From NCBI GenBank assembly GCA_035084275.1, contig CM068745.1:50158001-50222000 (forward strand): DNA of 64,000 nt, read 5' to 3'. This DNA comes from Hydrolagus colliei. Lineage: Eukaryota. Made by a program: the position numbers and the translations under genes. The notes under the pieces are model-generated. The model saw only the letters and a list, made by a program, of their open reading frames with translations. It did no database searches and was not told where the DNA came from. Below, in pieces: positions 25,809 to 36,871 of the stretch. Each line of letters opens with the position of its first letter. Within the stretch, counting starts at the first letter, position 1.

Positions 25809-28800
25809 CGTTTGTGGAGAGATTTGATTTGTTTTTAAATTAAAATTTCTAAACCTTCCAGCAAATTTTTTTTCAAAAAAAGTATTAGTCGAAGGTTGTA
25901 TATTCTGGCTGAGGTGACGAGCCGGGACCTCCCTCAACACGTTTAAAACCAAACCCCAACTCACCAGAGTTTCCGAGACTTTCTCTGTTCAGCGACGGTA
26001 GTCACTCTCCTGTTGCGTGTTTAGTTAATTCAGTCGGGAGGGGGAGACCGGGGGGGGGGGGGGGGGGGGGGAACCGCGGTGTAATCAACACGGTGTGAAA
26101 TTAACAAGACGACTGCAGATTGACCTACAACACCACAAACCAGTATATTTTACGGGCGATCGGGACAGTAATGTTTGTATCCAGATCAGTTGGAGGGGGG
26201 GGGGGGGGAGGAGGGAAGTGGGGGGGGGGGGGGAGAAAATTGACATTGCATTTGGTTTTGCTGGTGTTTGTCTCTCTCTCGTCGTTTAAACCGTTTGACT
26301 GGTTGCTTTATTATTATTATTTGGGAAGTCAATATAAATGTTGTTTGGGAAGCAGTTGTGGAGTTTGTCGGGACTGTGTGTGTGTGTGTTTCACTGAGAT
26401 CACCTCCCTCTCCCAATCGCTGGTTCGCTGGTAACCTGGGGGAGAGAGAGAGAGAGAGAGAAGAAAACTAGTTTCTCCCAAAGTTTGCATCGTCCCGATT
26501 AGTGGCTTAGGGTGGCAGCTCCCCCCCCCCCCCCCCCCCAGCCCTTATCCGGCTGCGTGTTTGCCAAAGGAGCGGGTCTGGATAACTTTCCACGTGTTTG
26601 GGATATTTATTTTGAAGAGGGAGTGTAAGGGAGCCAGGGAGTTACACACACACACACACACACACCACCTACAGAAAATAAAATTAGTGTGTTTCAAGTC
26701 TGGACAAACTTCCTCACGGATCAGAAGTGAAGTTGATGATGAGTTGGTAGAGCCAAGTTGGTGGAACTGTAACCCCATTCCCAGCCCCTCTCCCTCTCTC
26801 TGCTAGTTACATATGGAACTTGTCACGATTCCCTTTCGTGGTCAATGTTCCTGTGTATGTATGTACAGTATGTGTGTATATATATATATATATACAGTAT
26901 ATAAAACTCACTGACATGTACATATTGTATACTGAGTTTGCCTGAGTTCAGCAGATTGGCGGCAGGTTTGATCAGACAGATGAGAGAGTTTTTGCTGAGG
27001 ATGTGTTGTTTTGGGGGATTGTTTTCCTAGGGTCCCAGGTTAAATATCAAATGCTTGGCTCGCTCCCAAGGAATGATTGAGGGGAAGCAGGGCTCTGGCT
27101 ATCTCACCAGAGACACTGAAACGTTCACCCCCAGTGGCATTTCTGGAGTCGTTTGGATAATTTGTAATAGGAAATTCTCTGATGACCAACGTGATCTGTG
27201 AGCAAACTTTCTATACTATATAGTACGTGGCCAGGAATTTCAGCCTTTCCCCCCCCCCCCCCCCACAGCCCTTTAGGTCTCTGGGACTCCCATTAACATT
27301 ATCAGCAACAGTGTTTGGTCGTGCATTAGTTCTTTAAGTCATTTGTCCTTCGAGCTCCAGTTTTTATTTACTTTTTTTTAAAAAAAATATTCTCTCCCTG
27401 ACATGTTTACGCGACTGACTCGCCTGTTTTTTTTAGGGCTCAGATCTCGGTTGACTTTTATGCGTTCAATTTTCGAGCGGAGGAAGTGCTCGGCGGGGAC
27501 TTTTATTTTGAGACTTAAATCGGAACAGTGAATCGTAAATTGTTGAATGGCATTTATTTTAATTGGTCTGTTGTGCATTGAACGCGAGGAAAGCGCCGGG
27601 AGTATCGCTGCAAAGGGGGGGAGGGCGAGAGAGGTGCAATAATTATTTATCTCGGGGGCTTAATTCCCCTTTGCACTGCGTCTTGGATTCATTTAATGAT
27701 TAACTGTTTGTTAAATGAAACGTTTCTTTTCATTCCCCCCCTGAATGTCGCTGTGTCTTTGCTTCACTGTTGTCCTCCTTCACCTTTGCCGTCGCTCGCG
27801 GTTGGGAAGGTGAGGTTGGGGTGGGTGGGTTAGGGTCGGGGTGTCTGTACATTACCTGCAGCGCCTCTCTCTCTTCAGAGGCAACATAGACCCACTTTCC
27901 ACAAGACAAGGTGAGGTAGGGGGGGGGGGGGGGGGCAGTCAGCAGTGTCGGCCAGTCCACATTTGTCAGGGCGGACGGATCCCAGCAGTTGAGGCAGAAT
28001 TCTGGCTGTTCTGTGCAGATTGTGGGAGATCGTTGGTTTTGTTTCAATGGTTGCAGGATTCACACAACCTGATTACCTGACCCGAGTATAGATGTCTCCC
28101 ATCACTGTCAGGAACTCATTGGACATGAGCACCTCTACCATTCTCTTTGTCTGCTGTAAACTACATTGTCTTGGCATTAATGTCGAGGTTGCGCAAGTCT
28201 TTCTCCTGTTGAAACTTCTCCAAACCCGGTTTATACTTCGCTGGGACTGTCTAATCCATCATGATGGATCTTGTGTTTGTGTGATACTGTCAAGTTGCTG
28301 CTGTTCGGTTATGTTTCTAATTAGCTCTGCTAGAGTACCAAACCCTGCACACGGGGTTTATATGAAGCATGACTAATGATATGGTCAAATTAAATGTTCC
28401 TTTCAGAGTTGAAGGCCAAGCTGCTCTCATGGCACACACTCCGAGTGAGAATATTCCATTAACAAGCTTTTTTTTTGTCAGAACCTCTATATCGAACTGT
28501 GGGACAAATGCTTTGGGACAAATGTGTGAGACATACAAATTGTATAGTTTTAATTGTGCCAGTTTATACTCGGGCAAATCATATATATCTTTATCGAACT
28601 GACCAATCCAAACTTTTAGCTTGACATTTCTAGATCTGCAGATTGAAAGCCTATTCCAGCTGTTTTGGCATTCCTCACAGGCACTGTTTTTGGCTTTTCT
28701 CTGCCTTCAGCCTGATTGTCACAAAAGTATAAACAATCTTAAATTCAGGATATCAATCGTGCTTGTTCACGGGAGGGATAGTGTGGAAAGTGAAGGAATC

Positions 28801-28959
28801 TTAAACATTGCCAAAGGCAAAATATACAAATGTCAGTACACGTCCAGCCTTATGTGTTTACGTGTGTTGCATATAAAGGTGGAAATTCCTAGTTTAATAT
28901 TTAAAGATAACTTGTAAATTAAGAGGAAACGATTGCATGTTTGCTAAGTGCCACTCCGG

Positions 28960-29040
28960 CTGAATTGTTTTTGTTGTTGTATTTTACAGGATTTCAGATG
29001 TGTTCTAAGCCTACTGGAGTGATCACTCTTCAGTGTACGA
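28960..29040 (+). other. SPRY2: Splice acceptor of SPRY2 exon 2 (AG 28988-28989) and 51-nt 5' UTR portion (28990-29040)
   Basis: T-rich tract ttgtttttgttgttgtattttacag|gatttcagatgtgttctaagcc lies 51 nt upstream of the ATG. This matches the known two-exon Sprouty gene architecture. Confidence 0.85.
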
Positions 29041-29099
29041 ATGGATACGCGAACTCAAAATGGCAGTGGTTCTCCAGCCCTGCTACAGTTGCTGCGTGA
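28998..29099 (+). other. Overlapping upstream ORF, 33 aa ([33 protein letters not shown])
   Basis: ATG 28998-29000 is 43 nt upstream of, and out of frame with, the main ATG. Stop TGA 29097-29099 lies inside the CDS. Translation is not shown. Confidence 0.55.
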
Positions 29100-30015
29100 C
29101 AGTGGAAGGCAACACGTGGAACCTGACCCCAGGGATGTACAGCCACAGCAGGTTCAAGTGTTGTCGCTCGATCAGATCCGAATTATAAGAGCCACTAATG
29201 AATACACAGAGGGACCTACTGTTGCTCCTAGGCCTGGGAATAAGTCTGTGTACCGACCACCTTCCCAGCACAAAAATGAGAGGGTGTCTGGATTAAGCAA
29301 TGACCAAGAACACCAGCGGTTTAACCACCGTAGTCAGCACCACCACCATCATCATCACACACATTCTTCCAGGCCACCTTTGACTAGGTCAACTAGCATT
29401 GTGAGTGCCGGTTCTCGGAGTAGCACAAGGACAAGTACAAGCAGTACTGCCTCTGACCAGAGGCTTCTGGGACCTTCCTCCTCACCATCTGGCCATCTTT
29501 CGGATCGAATAATCAGGGTACAGCCCAAATCGGAATTTAAATCCGACAAACTGAAACCTCCGGAGAAAGAAGAAATGGGAAAGCACATCTACCGATGTGA
29601 AGACTGTGGAAAGTGTAAGTGTGAGGAATGCACTTATCCAAGGACTCTACCTTCCTGCTGGCTCTGCGACAAACGGTGCCTCTGTTCAGCGCAGAATGCA
29701 GTGGAATATGGGACCTGTGTCTGCTTCGTGAAAGGTGTCTTTTACCACTGCTCAAACTATGACGATGAGGACAATTGCACAGATAATCCGTGCTCTTGCA
29801 GTCAGTCTCACTGTTGTGCCCGCTGGTCAGCCATGGGCCTCATGTCCCTCATTCTGCCATGCCTGTGGTGTTACCTCCCGGCCAAGGGATGCCTTAAATT
29901 GTGCCAGCGGTGCTATGATGGGATTAACCGTCCTGGTTGCCAGTGCAAAAATTCAAACACCGTTTGCTGCAAGGTTCCCAGCTTACCTCCCCGGAACCTT
30001 GAGAAGCCCTTCTAG
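29041..30015 (+). CDS. SPRY2: Protein sprouty homolog 2 (RTK/ERK feedback antagonist), 324 aa, single coding exon
   Basis: Intact ORF. Cbl-TKB motif NEYTEGP has its Tyr at codon 55 (29197-29217). Ser-rich motif [20 protein letters not shown]. Cys-rich Sprouty domain CEDCGKCKC...PGCQC (~29596-29946). C-terminal PxxPxR ([12 protein letters not shown]) is the Grb2-SH3 motif that marks SPRY2 rather than SPRY1/3/4. Confidence 0.97.
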   Translation: MDTRTQNGSGSPALLQLLRDSGRQHVEPDPRDVQPQQVQVLSLDQIRIIRATNEYTEGPTVAPRPGNKSVYRPPSQHKNERVSGLSNDQEHQRFNHRSQHHHHHHHTHSSRPPLTRSTSIVSAGSRSSTRTSTSSTASDQRLLGPSSSPSGHLSDRIIRVQPKSEFKSDKLKPPEKEEMGKHIYRCEDCGKCKCEECTYPRTLPSCWLCDKRCLCSAQNAVEYGTCVCFVKGVFYHCSNYDDEDNCTDNPCSCSQSHCCARWSAMGLMSLILPCLWCYLPAKGCLKLCQRCYDGINRPGCQCKNSNTVCCKVPSLPPRNLEKPF

Positions 30016-31012
30016 CTGAAGAGAAGGGAATTACTTTTTAAATGCTGTTGCTTGACACTTCTATTCTGTACACTTGTAGTAATGAGGAGGAGAAACGCAT
30101 TTACAATACTAGCACTGAGTACAATACAGGATGCCTTTTATCAGACCACCTTAATCGATGTAAATTAATGAATCAACAACCATTAAGATGGTCTTGTGTG
30201 TCTTTTAAAAAAAAAATCAAATTTAAAAGGTATCTCCGGTTGGGCTTGGTCTTGTCTTCTTGTTGATGAGCACAAGTGCCCCCATCTCTTTTTGTTGTGT
30301 ATAACATTGGCGCTGCAGTTATCAAGAGTTTGGGAGGCCTGTTGTGGTTTGCAGTGATGTTGCTGTAGATCCTGTTTTCTCCGCCTCTATTAACTGGTAC
30401 GCAAGAGGATGGAAAACATCCGATCAGAGAGATCAAAACAGGATACACAATGCCCATTGTTTTTGAAACCACATAAGCTACAGGTAATTTGTCAACACAC
30501 CTGGTCATTCTGTATTGTATGTGAATAGTTCTTGCAAAGTATGTATAAGTAGCAAATTGCTCTTTTTTTGCTGCCAGAGTTAATTTGTTATATTTTTGTA
30601 TATACAATAATATTAAGACTGTGAAAATGGTGCCAGATTAATGGCAAATTTACAAAATATCATACTAATATGTTGTACATTCAGACAAATGTGAATCAAG
30701 TTGATCAATATGTTTAGGCTATATTTCACCTTATACAATTCACCATTACATGTCTGATACTCCCTGACATCATGTATATTGTACAGTTACCATAAATTCA
30801 GTCTTTATTTTCTAATTTTTCAACATATTGTTTAGTGTAAAGAATATTTATTTGAAGTTTTATTATTTTATAAAATATTTATTTTAAAAGGCATCTTACA
30901 AAATTCACCCTTTTTAAAAAAAATTGGAACATCGTAGTTGCTGAAAACAAGGGTGACAAATAGGATGCGTATGTTCACTATAAAATAGAAAATATATTAA
31001 CGTTTTGAAATC
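30016..31012 (+). other. SPRY2: SPRY2 3' UTR with miRNA sites and AU-rich distal block
   Basis: ATAAGCTA 30473-30480, ACTGTGAA 30618-30625, AATGTGAA 30688-30695, TGTATATA 30597-30604, AU-rich block 30800-30890. Non-canonical TATAAA at ~30978 and canonical AATAAA at 31088-31093. The 3' end is inferred. Confidence 0.7.
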
Positions 31013-31794
31013 AAACCGTGTACTACTTTGTCTTTTCTGTTCTTTACTCTTGTGGTAAAAGAGGAAGATGGTGCCACTTAGTGTTTAAATAAATCTTCTG
31101 TCCAGGGAGACATTCGTGCAATGCACAACATAGCCTCTCAGTATCCAAATGTATGATCACTTAAGATAACCACATGCAGAAAGGTGTAATAAGCTATTCA
31201 ATTAATGGATATGTCTTATCACATTTCACCTTCCTTATACGTTTCTTCAGTTACATGTACTTCAGCTACAGAATAATACTACTGGGCCTGAACCATTCAT
31301 CCAATGTTGAACCACTATTAGTGTGTATTTTATTGCCCTCAATTGACAGTCTTGTAGAGAGTATGAGGCATGTGAAGACTGAGCAATGATACAGTTTAGC
31401 ATAATTCCAGGAATTTGTAGTAATGAAAAAAAACTAAATGTGAAGCTTAAAATTGACTTTGTATCCTCCAGAGTTAAATAACTTTCCACCTTTGTGATTT
31501 CAACCACTCTGACACTCTTGTGAAGGTACAAACTGATGACGATAGCAGCTAGAAAGCTTACTGGGTGTCAGTAAGACATAACCTGGGCCAATAGAAACGT
31601 GCAGCCACACTTTTCCCGCAAAATCGTCTTAAAAAACCCCCTCCTCCGCTACAAATCCACTTTCAATATAGTATTGGGTACTCGGCTGCTTGCTAGTTAC
31701 CTGATGTCACTGGGTGGAGAAGTTTCAGATTAGCATGTGTGGTGCTGCGCATGTGGCAATTGGTCTTCACTCAGAGGCCCTGCTGTTGTGATTA

Positions 31795-32115
31795 TCTGTG
31801 CATCTCTGTGTCTGTGTGTGTGTATCTGTTTTTGAGTGTATGTGGTGTCTGTATGTCTGTGTGTGTGTGAGTGTGTGTCTCTTTGTGTTTGTGAGTGTTC
31901 GTGTCTATATGTCTGTAAATGTCTATGTGTGTGCCTGTGTATGTCTATGTGTTTGTGAGTATCTGTGTGTGTCTCTATATATGTTTGTGAGTGTCTGCGA
32001 GTATATCTCCTCTGCATGTGTGTCTTGTTTTGTGTGTGTATCTGTGCATGTATGTCTTGAGTTTCTCTCTATATATGAGTGTCTGGATATGTTTGTGAGT
32101 CTCTTCTCTGTGTGT
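31795..32115 (+). repeat. Degenerate (GT)n-derived low-complexity tract
   Basis: tgtgtg/tgtctg/tgtatg variants over about 320 bp. Confidence 0.9.
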
Positions 32116-33144
32116 GCTAAACCACCACAATCTCCTGCAACATTTGCAAATTTCCTCTGAAGTTGGGGCAAATATTTCTTCCCATTTTTTATTGGCCCAG
32201 CACGTACTCACAAAGTCCAGTTCTGACCTTATCTGGCATCCATATACACACTTCCAGTAGACCCATTGGATAGTGATCAGGAGCATAGAGTGCTCAGCCT
32301 GGGGTCAGAGCAATTGTATCACCTTTCTGCAAATCTGGCTCTGAATCAGGAAACAGCATAGGTCAGGAGTCAAACATGAAACTTTCATGGTATCTGCAGC
32401 TCAGTGCCATGCCATATGCTAAAAGAAAAAAAGTTTCCTGATTATTTGTAATGTGTAAGGGGTATTGACATATCCACTAAATTGACTGGACTACCATTAA
32501 ATCATTTGTGGACACTTAATAAATGTTAAGAATTATTTTGCATTAAGTTGCATTAAAAACTGGAAATACTTTGCAGTATTCTGCTCTTGAGATCCAATGT
32601 AGAAGTATAATTTGACCATACAGGATCAACCAGAATATAAGCAGTATTATATCAACTGTACAATGAAACTTCACTCACAATCTGATAGCATTATGTGTTC
32701 TCCAGGCAGATTCACTTGTGTAGTTATAGAGAAAATAGCAAATAAATGGGACTGAAAATAGATTGATTATTCAAAGCTGCACCACAGACACAGACAGCTC
32801 TTCTGTGCTGTAAATTTCTATGATTCTAAATTCCTTGAATCTCTGGTGCTCAAGACACATCCTCTAACATAAGCACCAAAATGGAATAACATAATGAGTT
32901 TTATGTTTGCTAGTTAACATGCCAAAATGATTCAAATGGAGTCTTACCTCTTAGTTCTTTACCTCTGTAAAGGGAATTGGTAATATATCTGGTGTTTTAT
33001 TGCAAAGAATGCCTTTGGACTTGGAAACAATCAGTGAACACTAAACACTGCATATATATATGTGTATATATATATATATGTATATATATTTAAAAGGCCC
33101 CAGCCCTCAAAACAAAAGAAAGTTGATTCTGAACTTCTGAGTTC

Positions 33145-33345
33145 ATAAGAATTAGAAACAGGAGTAGGCCATTCGGCCCCTCAAGCCTGCCCCGCCATTC
33201 AATAAGATCATGGCTGATCTATTCTAACTCCACCTACCCACCTTATCTCCATATCCCTTTATCCACAATAAATCTATCAATCTCATTCTTGAATATGTGC
33301 AAGGATTGAGCATCTGCAGCCGTTTGGGGGTAGAGAATTCCCTTT
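33145..33345 (-). mobile_element. CR1 3' end fragment
   Basis: cataagaattagaaacaggagtaggccattcggcccctcaagcctgccccgccattcaataagatcatggctgatct is near-identical to 8335-8410. Confidence 0.88.
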
Positions 33346-35419
33346 GGGGTATTCTATGGGGTAATTAACAGGATATCTCTGTTTCAATATATCAGCACCA
33401 TCATTGCGACAACAACAAATTGCATTTGTATCGCGCCTTTCACACCAGGAAAATATTACAAAGCATTGATCAAGCTCAGTCTTGAGTAAAATATCCACCA
33501 GTGTTGCAGTGCTATAATTTTAAAAAAATCTACAAGCCTTGATTTAATTAAGCTAATCTTGACAAAATGTCAGTGTAATGTGTCTTACGCAATAAATTGA
33601 GCGGAGTGGTTTAGTATGGAAACCATGGCAGTTGTCCATGGCACATTTTGCTTCATTATCAAGCTGCAGATCCCAACAGTTAATGTTTCACTAAAGTGGA
33701 AGAAAATATGTGAAGAAGTGGGTCTGTTTCAAGCTTAGGTGAGCAATGAATGAAGAGTAAGGACTTTGCACCAATTTCATGCAGAATCATTTTCAATTCT
33801 TGTGCCAAGAGAGAGCATGTAACTGGTAGTGTGTGTGGGACTGGCACACAAAAGTATCCTGAATCCAGGAGGAAAAGAGCAAGTGTAAAAATGCAAACAA
33901 ATTGTTTTTTTTACAGTATAGTGTTTAAAACCGGAAACTGACTTCAGCAGACAAATACTAAGTACTGTACTTGCACCATTGCTAATTCTGTCTTTATATG
34001 AATTTAAATTGGGGCCTATTAAATTGTATGTAAGAGCCAGTCCCATTTGTAATTTGTAGCTAAGGTATAATGGCTGAGAATATTCTAGCTTTGATTGATC
34101 CCCAGATTCTAGCTTTGATTGATCAATGCAAAGTTAGCTGATCTGTGATTCGGGGAATTGGAGTGAGGGGTGTTGATAACGGTAGGGTTACTACAATTGG
34201 CCTGAAAGTACCAAGTTAGGGAAGGTGGGGGCAACAGCTCAGGTTCCGGTACCTGCCTTCATTGATAAAGTTCAGAGATGCAAAGTCAAATGTAATTGAG
34301 AATTCACATGCTTTTAGGAAAAACACTCAAAAAAGATGTCAGTTACCAAGCTCGGTATTCTTATTTTGAAAATTGCAGTTAGCTCTGGGAAAGGGCGAGC
34401 TTCAACCTGTTTAAAATCAAAGAGTTATAATGTTTTGTGATGAACTAGGTTTTTTCCTTGTTCATTTCACTTTGGGAGCGGGTTTAGGCTTGAGGGGAAT
34501 ATTTGTGCTTAAAACAGTTCATGCTGATAACCCTATTGGGGAGAAACTGTCTCAAAGCGATGTATTGTGAAGCAGCTGACTTAACATTGGGTGCGCTACT
34601 GCCATTAATACAGAGTGTTCCATCTTATATCGTAGTCTCTCATCTTCATACTGGGATCTAATGTGCAACATGGCAAACCAGATTTGATGTGCTAATTGCA
34701 ACTTCCGGTTCTACATGTCAAAAGCCACCAAATTGTTATGTATCCGAAATGGCTAATTGTGATTTACAAAGCTGATAAATTGTGAAAAAGTCTGGCGGCA
34801 TGTTCCCTGATCTTTTCGCATACTCTGTAAGAAACCACAATTGCCCATTTTGTGAATAAAATAAATCTACACCCAACTGTTGGGCTCAGGTACTCTTGCA
34901 ATGTAGGGTTTTCCCATTCCTCTTGCAATCACAGCCTGACCCGAAGTGAAAGCCAGCAGCTTAGTTTGAATTAATTCTGCCAGCAGATGGTTCTTCCGTT
35001 ATCACCAGACACTGATGTTGCTTTCAGTTGCTGAACAGCCACAAACAGCTGCTTGTTCCACGCATGTCTTTTTCCTTTGACATTTGTTTCCCTGACATAG
35101 TAGCTATCTAAATAGCAGCAGCATAAGAGGGAAAAGGTCAAAAGCAAACTTACCTGAAGATTAATTGTGATTCTGGGCCAGTAGTACTGATTTTTTTCTG
35201 CCCCACCTGAGTTCAACTAACTCAACACATACCAGAGATCCAACTTTGGACTTCCCAGGGCAGCATGAAAGAAGTTTACACTGGGCAGTTGTTTTACCAA
35301 AATGAACCAGTGACAAAACTGATTTAGCATTTTTAATGGGTTCACATTGCATAAGCAAGGCAGACTTTTCATCATGCGATTTTAACCACATATTAATTGA
35401 AATAAGTTAGGTATCAATC

Positions 35420-35835
35420 TGCCTGAGTTGGTAGCACTTTCAACTCTACATCAGAGTTCAGATTTAAGGCCCACTATAGGACTTCAACGAAGTGCTAAAG
35501 GTGTGTTGCATTACAAAAATAAATTTTAAAAATGTAATTTGATGTTGTTGCATTACCCGAGGTACTGTTATTTGGGTGAGACATTAAAACTAAGTTCCAT
35601 CTATCTGTTCCAGTGTATTTCAAAGATCCTATGACACTGTTCTAAAAGAGAAGGGAATTCTCTCCAGGATCCTTGCCAACAATCCCATACAAAACAATTG
35701 TTCTTTCACTTTAAAGGTGTTTCTGTAACATTGTGCGCAAAATCATTCTTCAAGTTTGCCTACAAAATAGTCACTGCACTTTACAGTATATCATGAAATG
35801 CTTTGAGATGTGAGAAGCGTGAGATCAAATTCAGT
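35420..35835 (+). mobile_element. Old Deu-domain tRNA-SINE (decayed)
   Basis: gagttggtagcactt head, tgagacattaaa core, tgtgcgcaaa Deu-like segment. Confidence 0.6.
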
Positions 35836-36356
35836 TTTTTTTTGCAAGTATCTGCTCCCAGCAGAATTTGTTACCCCCCACAAAAAAGTTGGATTTGCAA
35901 AGTTTTTATGCATGGCAGTTAACCTCCCCCCCACCCACCCACATACACCACCTGTCAGCCAATTGCAATAATCTCAAATGTCTCCACCCTCACATCTGGT
36001 AGTTGTACATTATTGAATGATTTTGCAGACTTGCAGGGTTTGAATACAGGGCAACCTGAGTCAGTGCCATGATCAAACTTGCAGTGCTATATACCAGATG
36101 TTAACAGTGCACACGGGCAGATTCAACTGTCATTCAAGAACACTGCAAATTTATTGTACGAGTAAAAAACAACTAGCACAGATTGCTACTTTTCACACCC
36201 TGAAGCCGAGAAATAATCTGAACATTTGACAATGACGGTATGTTGAGCATTGTGGCTTATCACAGCAACATGAGCTGAACCCAATCCATGTCATTGAAGT
36301 TGAAATGTTTTATGGTAACAGTGCCCGGCTGTCATAGAAGCTGACAGTTGCTTTAT

Positions 36357-36792
36357 GTGTCAGCTTTGCCCTGTTGGTAGCACTCCCGCCTCCAATTCAG
36401 AATGTTCAAGCCCTGCATTGCGACTTGGAACTCATGAAATGTAGGATGACCCTCTCAATGCAGTGCTGGGGATGTGCTGGAGGTACCATCCTTCAGATGG
36501 GACATTAAACCAAGCCTCTGTCTGCCTGTTCAGGTGAACTTTAAAGATTCCTTGGCACTATTCAAAAAGAAAAGGGAATTTATCCCGGTGTCCTGGCCAA
36601 CAATCCCACAAATAAAATTGGCCATTCACTTCATGGCTGTTTATGCAATATTACTGTGCCAAAATCAGCTGCCATGTTCACCCACGAAACACACAAAGGC
36701 AATGAACTTTATAGTACATCTTGTGAAGCATTTTTGAACGTGCTCTGGATCTGAAAGGGTTTATACCTAATGTAAGGATTATTATTATTATT
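36357..36792 (+). mobile_element. Old Deu-domain tRNA-SINE, near full length
   Basis: gtgtcagc...gttggtagcactcccgcctcc head, core cttcagatgggacattaaacc...gtctgcctgttcaggtg...gtgtcctggccaaca, (tta)n tail. Confidence 0.75.
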
Positions 36793-36871
36793 AGAATACC
36801 TTACTTGAGCTGCTGACCTAATTCCATTAAGAATGATGCCAGGATCAGCCACTAGCACTGTCTGTTCAATC

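Larger units (their letters stand above)
24100..28100. promoter_or_regulatory. SPRY2 promoter/intron-1 regulatory region, CpG-enriched with (GA)n/(CT)n and G/C tracts
   Basis: CpG density is visibly raised, especially at 25900-26600 and 27400-27850. Contains GC box ccgccc (~24711), CRE half-site tgacg (~24273) and ETS-like ccggaa (~24299). No recognisable interspersed repeats. Confidence 0.65.

Noticed and set aside
25395-25964. 189-aa Pro-rich ORF and overlapping Gly-rich ORFs
   Set aside because: Translations of the 22-bp G-rich minisatellite.
29735-30019. 94-aa alternative-frame ORF and antisense ORFs within SPRY2
   Set aside because: The 94-aa ORF has a non-ATG start. Such ORFs are expected by-products of coding-sequence composition, with no independent support.
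31730-32286. Several His/Thr- or Cys/Val-rich ORFs
   Set aside because: Products of the (GT)n-like low-complexity tract.
34083-34124. 18-bp direct repeat ttctagctttgattgatc x2 (similar short duplications at 19473 and 55811)
   Set aside because: Ordinary local slippage duplications.
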